Below the pieces are notes generated by a model. It was not told the DNA's origin and made no database searches. It was given only the letters and a program-made list of their open reading frames with translations. Both the position numbers and the translations under genes were made by a program. DNA of 64,000 nucleotides from positions 72,302 to 136,301 of the forward strand of contig JBCBUK010000004.1 in assembly GCA_039818205.1 (NCBI GenBank). The letters run 5' to 3'. Shown here piece by piece: positions 40,257 to 49,459 of the stretch. Within the stretch, counting starts at the first letter, position 1. Every line of letters begins with the position of its first letter. The DNA is from Verrucomicrobiota bacterium. Its GTDB lineage: Bacteria > Verrucomicrobiota > Verrucomicrobiia > Opitutales > Cerasicoccaceae.

Positions 40257-42752
40257 TTAGAAAACCGTTCCAAACGAAAAGTTGAATACCGGCCCTGGGC
40301 TGTCGTTGTAATCGTCAGCATGAATCGGCCACGCAAAGTCGAGATTGAGCGGCGAGCCGAGGAGCATAATGATCAAACCAGCACCGACGTTGTCATTCCA
40401 ACCACCGAAGGTTTGGGGTGGAACCGGAGCCGGCAAACGGCGCACCAGCGCAAACTGCGGACGGACGGAGGCAATAATGCCTGAGCCGGTTTCTGGATCC
40501 GGCAGGAAGTTGCCTGCGCTCGAATTGACGAAGCCACCATCGTAGAAGAATTTAAACCCGAGCTGCTCCATGACGCGAACGATGTATTCGGCTTGCACCA
40601 TGGCCATGCTATCACCACCAACGGCCTCACCAGAGATAAAGTCCTTCGGGCCAACTTCCCGGAATTGGAAGCCACGAAGTGTGTAGGGTCCGCCGAGGAA
40701 GTATTTGTCGAAGAATGGCACGCCGTCTTCAAAGGTCTGAGGAAGGAAGGAGCGTTGGTTAAAGAAGATACCGGTTTCCGTTTTCGTTGGAATGACGGTT
40801 CCCGCACGAGCGTGCAGTCGGATGGTTTGGTCCATGAACTCGAAGGTCGGAATGTATTGCGTGGCTCGAATTTCCTGGCGCACATAGTCGGTGTTTCCGC
40901 CAAGAACCGTTCCCGCAAGCTCACTAATATATTCGAAGCGGTTACCACTCGTAGTCCAAATGAGGTCGTTTCGCGTGTCACGAAGCAGTTGGAAACCAAC
41001 TTTTGAAACGGTTCGGGTGCCACTTTCCTGTTGGATAACCGGCGAGGCGAAAGGATTTACGTCCTTAATGTCAACCTGTTCGATGGTGTAGGATAGGCGG
41101 CCTTCGACGAGCTCGAAGAGACGCTTACGCAGGTAGAGCTGCAAGCCGGTGCGGAGTTCATTGTAGTCGCTGGACAAAAAGTCCGACTCGGTGCGATAGA
41201 TTTCAAAGCCGAAAGCCAATTCACGCTGGAATACCCAAGGCTCTTCGAAGGAGAGTAGGAATTCGTTGGATTGCAAACCAAGCGAGAGGCGAAGGCGGAA
41301 CTTCTGACCACCACCTTGGAACATCGAACGGTAGTTGAAGAGATCGAAGTTACTTTGGGTGAGTTCAGCGAATGCCACGATTGATTCAACCGAGCTGAAA
41401 CCGGCTCCGAAGGTCAGGTTACCCGTGCTGCCTTCCTTAACGGTGACACGCAGGTTGCGGCGATTCGGCAGATTGCTAGCTTCGGGGGCAAGGTTGACCT
41501 CTTCGAAAAAGCGAGTGTTTTCCAGTCGGCGCTGGCTGGCCTTCATCCGGACGAGGTCGAATACGTCTCCCGGCGCCAAAGCGAGTTCCCGAATGATCAC
41601 GTTGTTTCGTGTCTTCGTATTGCCCTGGAGCGTGATGCTTTCGACGTAAAACTGCTCACCCTCGGTGATCACGAAGGTCAGGTCGATTCGGCCCGTTTCG
41701 ACGTCTGGTAGTCGCTCGATCCGCACAAAAGTGTCGAGGTAACCAATTTGGCCATAAAAGTCTTTGAGGTTCTCAACATCTCGGTCAATTGCAGCTGGCG
41801 AGAATACATCGCCGGTGCGTGTTGCCAAAATGGCCGCGAGTTGGTCGGAAGTGAAAAGCTGGTTACCTTTGAATGTCGTGTCGCCGACGAAGTAGCGGCG
41901 GCCTTCCTTAATGGTGATGATGATATTTAGCTCACCGTCATCTGGGTATTCCAAAACGACTTCAGATTCCGGAATTTCAACGTCGAGGTAGCCCTCGTTC
42001 TTATAGAAGTCGCGCAGAGTCTCCAAGTCGCGCTGAAAGTCTTCCTCTTGGAGGCGACCGCCACCGATAAGCCAGGACCAGAGCCAAAAATACTCTTCGG
42101 TAATCATCAATCCCCGCAATTCGCCGGAGCTGTAGTTGTCGTTTCCGACAAACTCGATATTATCGATGTCGAGCTTGTCGCCTTCTTCGACTTCGAAAAT
42201 GATGATCGCATTGCCGGTCGTATCATTCCGGTCGATGCGGTAGTCAACCTTGGCATTGGTGTAGCCATTTTTTTGCAGCTCATCAAAAATCTTGGTCGAG
42301 TCGCGCTTGACCTGAACCTCGTCCAGGGGAAGCCCGGCGTCGGACTCAATCTCGTCTTCCAGGTCATCGGCATCGACTTTGTTCAAGCCCTCGAACTCAA
42401 TTGCGGTAATCCGGTACTTCGGAACAACCACGAAGATCAGCTCGACGTTGCCGTTCGGCTGAGTCTGGCGGCGAGCCTCGATGAATTCAAAGAGGCCGCT
42501 TTGGTAGAGTGATCGGACCGACTGGTCGATCTGGGTTTCTTCGTAGGGAGTACCGACTCGCTGCTGGATATGGGCGAGGACGTTCTGCTCGCTGACGTTC
42601 TTAAACCCCTCGAACTTGATGTCGATCGACTCAACAATCGGCGCCTCATTCGGCAATGCCTGGCTCCAGGCGTCGTGGGAGTAGAAGGTGAGGGCGAGCA
42701 GCAGCGCTACCTTGGTGAAGTACTCAAGCAGGTTGTGGCGTGTAGTTTTCAA
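40257..42752 (-). CDS. bamA: Outer membrane protein assembly factor BamA
   Basis: POTRA repeats, GNTKTRNNVIIREL, LRGF motif, C-terminal FNFSFGTVF; overlaps the dnaB end by 29 bp. Confidence 0.96.
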   Translation of the reverse strand: MKTTRHNLLEYFTKVALLLALTFYSHDAWSQALPNEAPIVESIDIKFEGFKNVSEQNVLAHIQQRVGTPYEETQIDQSVRSLYQSGLFEFIEARRQTQPNGNVELIFVVVPKYRITAIEFEGLNKVDADDLEDEIESDAGLPLDEVQVKRDSTKIFDELQKNGYTNAKVDYRIDRNDTTGNAIIIFEVEEGDKLDIDNIEFVGNDNYSSGELRGLMITEEYFWLWSWLIGGGRLQEEDFQRDLETLRDFYKNEGYLDVEIPESEVVLEYPDDGELNIIITIKEGRRYFVGDTTFKGNQLFTSDQLAAILATRTGDVFSPAAIDRDVENLKDFYGQIGYLDTFVRIERLPDVETGRIDLTFVITEGEQFYVESITLQGNTKTRNNVIIRELALAPGDVFDLVRMKASQRRLENTRFFEEVNLAPEASNLPNRRNLRVTVKEGSTGNLTFGAGFSSVESIVAFAELTQSNFDLFNYRSMFQGGGQKFRLRLSLGLQSNEFLLSFEEPWVFQRELAFGFEIYRTESDFLSSDYNELRTGLQLYLRKRLFELVEGRLSYTIEQVDIKDVNPFASPVIQQESGTRTVSKVGFQLLRDTRNDLIWTTSGNRFEYISELAGTVLGGNTDYVRQEIRATQYIPTFEFMDQTIRLHARAGTVIPTKTETGIFFNQRSFLPQTFEDGVPFFDKYFLGGPYTLRGFQFREVGPKDFISGEAVGGDSMAMVQAEYIVRVMEQLGFKFFYDGGFVNSSAGNFLPDPETGSGIIASVRPQFALVRRLPAPVPPQTFGGWNDNVGAGLIIMLLGSPLNLDFAWPIHADDYNDSPGPVFNFSFGTVF

Positions 42753-44130
42753 AGCGCGTCAGGTTCTTAGTGAACATTAAGGGCACGGTTCCTACTGGGC
42801 CGTTGCGTTGTTTGGCAATGATTAAATCGCGTGCAACCGCGTCACTGGCAAGGTCTTGCTGTTCGTCGAACTCTCTAGGCTTCGAAATTAGGAGGATCAC
42901 ATCGGCATCCTGCTCGATCGATCCGGACTCCCGCAGGTCGGACATACGGGGCTGGCGTTTCTCTTTCTCACTTTCCCGATTTAGCTGGGCCAGAACGATT
43001 ACCGGAATACCGAGCTCCTTTGCCATGCCCTTCATTCCACGGGAAATTTCGGCAATTTGCTGCTCCCGAGGGACCCGTGGATCCGTCCCGGCGACCAGCT
43101 GCAGATAGTCGACAACAACGAGCCCCAATTTGTGCTGGTTTGCCAGTCGTCGGGCTTTCGCGCGAATCTCCAAAATCGTTAGTCCCGAGGAATCGTCGAT
43201 AAAGAATGGTGCGGCCTTCAGTTCCTGGGCAGCCTTGACCAAATCCTGCTGCTTTTCCTTGGGGAGGAACCCGTCGCGGAGCTTGGTCATATTGACGCGC
43301 GCGCGGCTGCAAAGCAGACGCATCGCCAGTTGCTCGGAGGGCATTTCCAGGCTGAACATCATCGTGCAGGTCGCGTCGGCACGGTGAGGAAATAGCGCGC
43401 CCTCGACCATATTCAACGCGATCGAGGTCTTACCCATCGAGGGGCGAGCTGCGACGACGATCATTTCCGCTGTGTGCCACCCCGTGGTCATGTTGTCGAG
43501 ATCGATGAAACCAGTCGGAATGCCCGTGACGCCGCCCTTGCGCTCAACCATATTGTAAACGAGCTGAACCGCCCGGTCGACAGACTTTTCCAAGGGCTCG
43601 GCCGCATCCGAGATGCGGTCTTCGGAAATCTTGTAGATACTCTGCTCGACTTCTTCGATGAACGAAGTCACGTCGCCAGGTTTTTCGTAGACACCTTCGA
43701 TGGTGCGATTACTGAAGCGAATTAGCTCGCGTAATAAGTGGTACTCTTTGATCCGCTCGACGTAGTGGGGGAGGTGCGCGGTCGTGCTGATTTGTCCCGT
43801 GATCTCGAGCAAATAGGCGTCACCTCCAATCTCTTCAAAGAGCTGCTTCTTGATCAGCTCATCGCGGATGATGATCTCGTCCACCGGAGTCTGATCATTG
43901 AACAGATCCATCATGGTCTCGTACAAGATCCGATGCTTCGTGCGGTAGAAGCACTCTGGACGGACCTTCTCCTGGATGCACAGGGAGAGCGTATCTTGAC
44001 CGCCTTCCAGCAAAATACAGCCCAAGACTGCCTGCTCCAAGCGGATGTCATGGGGGATCAAGCGATCACCAGAGTATTTCTCAAAATCGAGAACTTTGTC
44101 CGGACGCTCCTTTTTGCGTGATTCGGCCAT
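42724..44130 (-). CDS. dnaB: Replicative DNA helicase
   Basis: AARPSMGKT, FSLEM, VDYLQL, LAQLNR, SDLRESGSIEQDAD, AKQRNGP; no intein. Confidence 0.97.
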   Translation of the reverse strand: MAESRKKERPDKVLDFEKYSGDRLIPHDIRLEQAVLGCILLEGGQDTLSLCIQEKVRPECFYRTKHRILYETMMDLFNDQTPVDEIIIRDELIKKQLFEEIGGDAYLLEITGQISTTAHLPHYVERIKEYHLLRELIRFSNRTIEGVYEKPGDVTSFIEEVEQSIYKISEDRISDAAEPLEKSVDRAVQLVYNMVERKGGVTGIPTGFIDLDNMTTGWHTAEMIVVAARPSMGKTSIALNMVEGALFPHRADATCTMMFSLEMPSEQLAMRLLCSRARVNMTKLRDGFLPKEKQQDLVKAAQELKAAPFFIDDSSGLTILEIRAKARRLANQHKLGLVVVDYLQLVAGTDPRVPREQQIAEISRGMKGMAKELGIPVIVLAQLNRESEKEKRQPRMSDLRESGSIEQDADVILLISKPREFDEQQDLASDAVARDLIIAKQRNGPVGTVPLMFTKNLTRFENYTPQPA

Positions 44131-44211
44131 CCCACCAATCTGCCCAACTGTCACCTTGCCGTAAAGAAAAACGAGTTCGCAGATTATTCAGAGACGATTG
44201 TGAATAAATCC

Positions 44212-44547
44212 CTAACCACCTAGGCCGGAGAAGAAATCACCGATGAATCCAAAAACACCGCCGATGCCGGCGGCCACCATACCTAACCCTTCAAAAGCCA
44301 CCTCAAAGGTTGATGTGACAATCTCTAAGACACCGCCGCCCTCGGACACCGCGGGGCCTCCAATCATTAGCAGACCGCAGACGAGTGCGACCGCTATGTT
44401 CAGGCTGATTCCCACTAAGATCCAAATGAGAGTGGCACCGACCAAAAGCAGGCTGCCAAACATTCCTAGCAATCGCTTGAACCAATGGCGTTTCTTTTTC
44501 GATTCAGAAATCAAATTAAACAGATTCAATTCCTTGGTCAGTATCAC
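44212..44547 (-). CDS. Small Gly-rich membrane protein
   Basis: Basic stretch followed by two hydrophobic helices; co-oriented between folB and dnaB. Confidence 0.55.
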   Translation of the reverse strand: MILTKELNLFNLISESKKKRHWFKRLLGMFGSLLLVGATLIWILVGISLNIAVALVCGLLMIGGPAVSEGGGVLEIVTSTFEVAFEGLGMVAAGIGGVFGFIGDFFSGLGG

Positions 44548-44562
44548 GGTGGGTTTGTTCCG

Positions 44563-44922
44563 CTAGCGCGATCGCTCAATCTCGACGCCCACGTGATCAA
44601 ATTTGCCGGGGATTGGTGCGTTGGGCTTTTTGATGGTCACCTGGATGGATTGGACCAACGGAAAATTTTCCAATACCTTGGAGGAAATACGCTCGGCAAC
44701 TGTTTCGATTAGATCGTATCGGTCCTTTTCGACGATGTCGCGCGCGACGACAAACACCTCGGCGTAGTTGACCGTTTTTTCCAGGTCGTCCGATTGGCCA
44801 CTCGGCTGAAGGTCGAGGCTAAGGACGATATCGACAACGAAGGTTTGCCCAGTTTCTTTCTCGATCGCGAGAACGCCATGGTAGCCGTAGAAATTGAGGT
44901 CTTTGAGGTAGATTTTATCCAT
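44563..44922 (-). CDS. folB: Dihydroneopterin aldolase
   Basis: MDKIYL..L.FYGYHGV, TVNYA, LIETVAE, KPNAPI. Confidence 0.95.
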   Translation of the reverse strand: MDKIYLKDLNFYGYHGVLAIEKETGQTFVVDIVLSLDLQPSGQSDDLEKTVNYAEVFVVARDIVEKDRYDLIETVAERISSKVLENFPLVQSIQVTIKKPNAPIPGKFDHVGVEIERSR

Positions 44923-45742
44923 GGCGGTAAATCGCTTCGGCCATTTGGATTGTGCGTCGGTTGGCCTCGATATCGTGAACGCGGATGATGTCCACTCCTT
45001 GTTGAACGCCGACTGTTGTGGTGGCTAAGGTCCCTTCGAGCCGCTGATCGACGGGCAAGTCGAGGGTTTTGCCAATGACAGACTTTCGCGAAGCACCCAG
45101 TAGGATCGGAAAGCCGAGTGATTTGAGTTCGCTGACCCGGCGTAAAATCGTGAGATTCTGCTCCACGGTCATCCCAAAGCCAATGCCGGGATCGAGGATG
45201 ATTTTCGATTCCTTGATTCCTGCGCTGGTCGCTAAGAAAACCGATTTTTCCAGGAAGCGTTGGATAGCTGAGATCACATCGCCTTCGACCGGTTCGCCCC
45301 GCGCGTTGTGCATCAGGATCGCACCGGCGTCGAACGATGCCACGGTTTCGGCCATTGCCGGGTCGTATTGAAAGCCCCAGACGTCGTTGATCAGATCGAC
45401 CCCCATCTCGAGTGAATGTTGGGCAACGGAGGCTTTGTAGGTATCGACAGAAATCGGAACCGAGGTGTTTCCAACCAACGCTTTTAGGATCGGATCGAGC
45501 CGGGCAATTTCCTCGTAAGCTGTGATGGGTTCAGCGCCTGGGCGCGTCGATTCCGCACCGATATCAATAAAGTCGGCACCATCAGCAACCATTGCCTCAA
45601 TCTGTGCCAGGGCTGATTCCGGTTCAAAAAACAGTCCGCCGTCGGAAAAGGAATCGGGCGTCGCGTTCAATATGCCCATCAGGAGGGTGCGCTCCCCCCA
45701 GACGGGAGGCATCCAGGTAGACCGTTCTTTAGTGGGTTCCAT
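44915..45742 (-). CDS. folP: Dihydropteroate synthase
   Basis: MGILNATPDSFSDGG, DIGAESTRPG, ILDPGIGFG, GASRKS, IRVHD. Start set at ATG 45742. Confidence 0.96.
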   Translation of the reverse strand: MEPTKERSTWMPPVWGERTLLMGILNATPDSFSDGGLFFEPESALAQIEAMVADGADFIDIGAESTRPGAEPITAYEEIARLDPILKALVGNTSVPISVDTYKASVAQHSLEMGVDLINDVWGFQYDPAMAETVASFDAGAILMHNARGEPVEGDVISAIQRFLEKSVFLATSAGIKESKIILDPGIGFGMTVEQNLTILRRVSELKSLGFPILLGASRKSVIGKTLDLPVDQRLEGTLATTTVGVQQGVDIIRVHDIEANRRTIQMAEAIYRHG

Positions 45743-46505
45743 GGTCGTTGTCGTGCCAGTGGGCGAGAATCCAGGCCGCGAACGCGTCAACTGCTCCAGC
45801 GAGAACAACTCCCGTGAAAGCTGCGATAAGGCAAAGCGCATAGATTTCCGCGTCACCGCCAGCTTCGTAATATTCACGTAGAAGCCGCCCGAGGCCAGGT
45901 TGATTTGCCAAGCTACCCGCGAGGAAATCGGTTAACAGTGTCGCTAGCGGCGCCAAGATTGCCGCCCGTCGAAGGGCTTTGATCAAACTCGGAAACGCAT
46001 GAGGAAACCGCAGATACATGATCTGTTGCCGATAGTCGGCCCGGTAGGTTTTAAATAGGTCGACCAACACTTTATCCGTTGTGGTGAGGGCAGGCGTGTA
46101 AATGGCCACAAACGGGAAATAACAAATGATTGCGGTGATGAGCATCAGCGAGACCCAAATGGGAAGGGGGCTAATGATCATCAATGGCGTTAGAACAAGT
46201 AGCGGCGTCATCCGGCCAATCGCAAACCAAGGCTTCAAGGCGAGGCTCAGACCACGGTAACTGACAAGGAGGATTGCGGTCACGATCCCGAAAATTGATG
46301 CCAGAATGAATCCACCAATCATTGCAAGAACGTCACGCCCCAGGGCGGGCAATATTTGTCCACTTTCCTTGCCCAGTGCTATCGCGACGGCAAACGGGCT
46401 GGGAAGGGCTTCGTGCTTGGTGTCCACGAGTGCGAGGCAGATCCAGATGATTAGGACGACTCCAGCGGTCACGAGGGGCAACACCCATTGTAATCGGCCG
46501 TTCAT
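45729..46505 (-). CDS. NitT/TauT (SsuC-like) ABC transporter permease
   Basis: Six TM segments, LPSP motif, LRFPHAFP, GLG; overlaps the folP start. Confidence 0.8.
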   Translation of the reverse strand: MNGRLQWVLPLVTAGVVLIIWICLALVDTKHEALPSPFAVAIALGKESGQILPALGRDVLAMIGGFILASIFGIVTAILLVSYRGLSLALKPWFAIGRMTPLLVLTPLMIISPLPIWVSLMLITAIICYFPFVAIYTPALTTTDKVLVDLFKTYRADYRQQIMYLRFPHAFPSLIKALRRAAILAPLATLLTDFLAGSLANQPGLGRLLREYYEAGGDAEIYALCLIAAFTGVVLAGAVDAFAAWILAHWHDNDHGTH

Positions 46506-47278
46506 GATGCAACGCCCTCCTGCGATTCATTCAAGGTAGAGCGAACGCGAGTCACGGCTTCCTGAAATTCATTGCTTTCCCGCCAGGCCAATTTTCGCGG
46601 GAAATCTTTCTCCACTTCGATAATTTCTTTGATTTTGCCGGGGTTGGCAGAGAGGACCACAATTCGATTCGCCATGAAGACGGCCTCGGCGGCTGAGTGG
46701 GTGACGAGGCATGCCGAGAAGGTTTGCTTTGAGCGCACTTTCATGAGCTCAGCGCTCAGTTTATTCCGGGTAATGGCATCCAGCCCCGCAAATGGCTCAT
46801 CCATTAGGAGGCAATTGGGCTCGGTGATCATCGCCCGCGCAAATGCGGCTCGCATGCGGTTTCCCGGCGTCAGCTGGACGGGAAATCGCTGGGCGATATG
46901 GGAGATGTCCCAGAGCTTCATCATCGCGTTGGCCCGCGCGTCCTGCTCATTCCGGTCAATTCCCGCTAGCTGAAGTGGCAGGAGGATGTTTCTCCGCACC
47001 GTTCTCCAAGGGAGTAGGGCGGCCTCGCTAAATACAAATGCACTTGGCGTTGCATAAGCCGGACGCCCTTCTGGATCAGGATACTCGATTTCTCCTGCGG
47101 TCAACGGTGTCAGGCCAGCAATCAGTCGTAGGATCGTGGATTTGCCACAGCCGCGAGGCCCGATCAAGGCAACGATATCGCCAGAAGCGATATCAAGCGA
47201 CAAGCTGTCCAATACGGCACGGCCGCTGGCGTAGCGTTTGCTGACGTCAATTAATCGCAGATTCGTCTGATTCGGCAT
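46502..47278 (-). CDS. NitT/TauT (SsuB-like) ABC ATPase with atypical signature
   Basis: GPRGCGKST, LLPWRTV..NI, LMDEPFAGLD, VTHS; the signature motif reads LTPGN. Confidence 0.85.
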   Translation of the reverse strand: MPNQTNLRLIDVSKRYASGRAVLDSLSLDIASGDIVALIGPRGCGKSTILRLIAGLTPLTAGEIEYPDPEGRPAYATPSAFVFSEAALLPWRTVRRNILLPLQLAGIDRNEQDARANAMMKLWDISHIAQRFPVQLTPGNRMRAAFARAMITEPNCLLMDEPFAGLDAITRNKLSAELMKVRSKQTFSACLVTHSAAEAVFMANRIVVLSANPGKIKEIIEVEKDFPRKLAWRESNEFQEAVTRVRSTLNESQEGVAS

Positions 47279-47399
47279 TAGTAGTCAGCTGAGAGATACG
47301 CTACGCTTTCCGGATCGGCAAGGCGGAACATGAAATTCCCCGGAAACAATTGCCTCCTGCGGGACTATCGCCTTGCCGTACCCGTATGGCACGAAAAAC

Positions 47400-47506
47400 G
47401 AAGCTGCTGACTGGGCTTCAGTTGGTGTCGTTCGCTGGGCCAACCTTAAGAGTGAACCTCGATGACCCGTTGGCGGGCCCGTCGACGCAGGTCGTAAGTC
47501 TGCTTC
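47400..47506. ncRNA. Candidate structured RNA (long irregular hairpin)
   Basis: Nested pairings GAAGC/GCTTC, GACT/AGTC, GTGTCG/CGACGC, GGGC/GCCC, CCAAC/GTTGG in a 273-bp gap; no family recognised. Confidence 0.3.
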
Positions 47507-47551
47507 TAAAACGGCTGAGTTGCGAGAATTGCCCGTTCTATCGGTCGTTGC

Positions 47552-47983
47552 CTAGGCAGTGATCCGGTTGCGAATCATCTCGTGGGTATTGGCCGATTGG
47601 ATCATGCCGCTGAGTAGGCGGGCCATTTGGGATAGGTGGCGCTTGCCGGCAATGGCATCTCCAGGCTCCAACACATTGCGAGCAACCATCATGTCGAGAA
47701 CTGCGGCGCAGGCAAGAACGGCTCCTTTGGCCATCTCGATGGACTTCACGCGGTCGGATGCATTGGATTTGCCGGTGGCATCAACAATGTGGATCGGAAT
47801 CGAATTTGCGATTTTGTCCAGTTGCTCAGATAGACCTTTGCGCTTCTGAGGTAAGTCAACGAACTGCTCCACCATGACCACCCACTCGATTCCGAGCTGG
47901 TAGACCTTTTGATTTTCGTGGGGAAACAAATTGCCGACTGTGCGGCTGCCGTTGGTTTCTTTCTGATTAATCTGAGGTGGCAT
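47552..47983 (-). CDS. Four-helix-bundle protein (23S rRNA IVP / Avd-like fold), divergent
   Basis: FPHENQKVYQ..., LSEQL...NSIP.HI...GK, AKGA..C.A.LD pattern. Confidence 0.72.
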   Translation of the reverse strand: MPPQINQKETNGSRTVGNLFPHENQKVYQLGIEWVVMVEQFVDLPQKRKGLSEQLDKIANSIPIHIVDATGKSNASDRVKSIEMAKGAVLACAAVLDMMVARNVLEPGDAIAGKRHLSQMARLLSGMIQSANTHEMIRNRITA

Positions 47984-48001
47984 AATAAAGATACTCGTTA
48001 G

Positions 48002-49369
48002 TTAGTTTATCACTACAGTCTTCACATTGACAAATTCTTTGATGCCCTGGGAAGCAAGTTCGCGTCCGTAACCTGATCGTTTCACTCCGCCGAAGGGCAT
48101 TCGGGGATCACTTTTGACGTAGTCGTTTACAAATACAGCGCCTGATTGTAGCCTATCAACAGCCAATCGGCGAGCCCGTTCTTTATTCTTGGTGAATACT
48201 GCGGCGCCGAGGCCATATTCACTGCTGTTGGCGATGTTTACGGCCTCCTCTTCATCTGAGGCTTCGATAATCGTTAAAACGGGGCCAAAAAGTTCTTCGC
48301 TGAAAGCTGGACACTGGTCGGTGACATCGGTGAGGGCTGTGGCTGGATACCAGGCGCCGGGCCGGTCGGGGATGGCTCCGCCAGTCAGGCAGCGAGCGCC
48401 AGCGGCAATACTGTTAGTGACTTGTTGATGAAGTTCATCCCGTAGGTCTGCGCGGGCCAGGGGCCCGAGCTTCGTCGCCGTATCGGTCGGATCGCCAGGC
48501 GTGATCGCTGCCATTGCCTGGGAAACTTTCGTTTCAAACTCGGACTTAATACCGGGCAAAACGATGGCGCGCTTTGCGGCTACGCAGCTTTGGCCGCCAT
48601 TAATCATGCGTGAGGCGACGATTTTTTCTACGGCGAGGCCGATGTCGGCATCCTCAAATACGAGGTAGGGGTCTGATCCGCCGAGTTCGAGGACCGTTTT
48701 CTTGATCTGAGAACCCGCCATCGCCGCAACCTTTTCCCCGGCTGCTGTTGAGCCCGTCAGCGTCACCGCGTGGATTGCCGGGTGGGCAATGGCGACCGCA
48801 GCGCCTTCAGATCCGACCATCAAGGTGCGGAAAACGTTCATCGGGAAGCCGGCTTGCTGGAAGATGGCTTCAAGCGAGAGCGCACACTGAGGGACATTGG
48901 AAGAGTGCTTCAGGACCATGGCGTTTCCGGCCATCATCGCTGGAGCTGCGGCGCGAAATACCTGCCAAAAGGGGAAATTCCAGGGCATAATGGCCAAAAC
49001 CGCTCCCAAAGGTTCATGATGAACGAGGGCCTCACCGGGGGCATCTTCGATGGGAATGTCGGCCAAGAACCGCTCGCCGTTATCCGCATAGTATTCGCAG
49101 ACCCAGGCACACTTTTCGCATTCAGCTTTGGATTCGGCGATGGGTTTTCCCATCTCCAAAGTGATGGTTTTCGCATACGCTTCCTGGTTTTCGCGGAGTA
49201 TCTGTGCGACTCGCTGAAAGCACTCGGCCCGTTCACGGAAAGAAAAGCCACGCCATTGGGTCGCGTCGGTCTCGACCGCTTCCAGAACCCGCAGGATTTC
49301 GGTGATCTCCATAGTAGGAAATTCCCGGACAAATTCTCCGGTAGCGGGGTTGACGGTTTGCAATGGCAT
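48002..49369 (-). CDS. NAD(P)-dependent succinate-semialdehyde dehydrogenase (Sad/GabD1-like)
   Basis: IMPWNFPFWQ, LTGS, LELGGSDP, GQSCVAAKR, EELFGP, PFGGVKRSGYGREL. Confidence 0.9.
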   Translation of the reverse strand: MPLQTVNPATGEFVREFPTMEITEILRVLEAVETDATQWRGFSFRERAECFQRVAQILRENQEAYAKTITLEMGKPIAESKAECEKCAWVCEYYADNGERFLADIPIEDAPGEALVHHEPLGAVLAIMPWNFPFWQVFRAAAPAMMAGNAMVLKHSSNVPQCALSLEAIFQQAGFPMNVFRTLMVGSEGAAVAIAHPAIHAVTLTGSTAAGEKVAAMAGSQIKKTVLELGGSDPYLVFEDADIGLAVEKIVASRMINGGQSCVAAKRAIVLPGIKSEFETKVSQAMAAITPGDPTDTATKLGPLARADLRDELHQQVTNSIAAGARCLTGGAIPDRPGAWYPATALTDVTDQCPAFSEELFGPVLTIIEASDEEEAVNIANSSEYGLGAAVFTKNKERARRLAVDRLQSGAVFVNDYVKSDPRMPFGGVKRSGYGRELASQGIKEFVNVKTVVIN

Positions 49370-49431
49370 ACGGGAAGAAAGATAGAAAGTCCCGATCCGA
49401 TCTACGTCAATCTTTTCAACGGCGGAGTCTC

Positions 49432-49459
49432 AAAGGCCCTAATGATGAATTAGGCCTTT
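49432..49459. terminator. Inverted repeat at the end of the TrmH-like gene
   Basis: AAAGGCC(C)TAAT-gatga-ATTAGGCCTTT. Confidence 0.5.

Noticed and set aside
47285..47465. TPP or FMN riboswitch (CTGAGA, TGAACCT, TGAAATTCCC fragments)
   Set aside because: The fragments are on the strand opposite the downstream operon, wrongly spaced, and the remaining consensus is absent.
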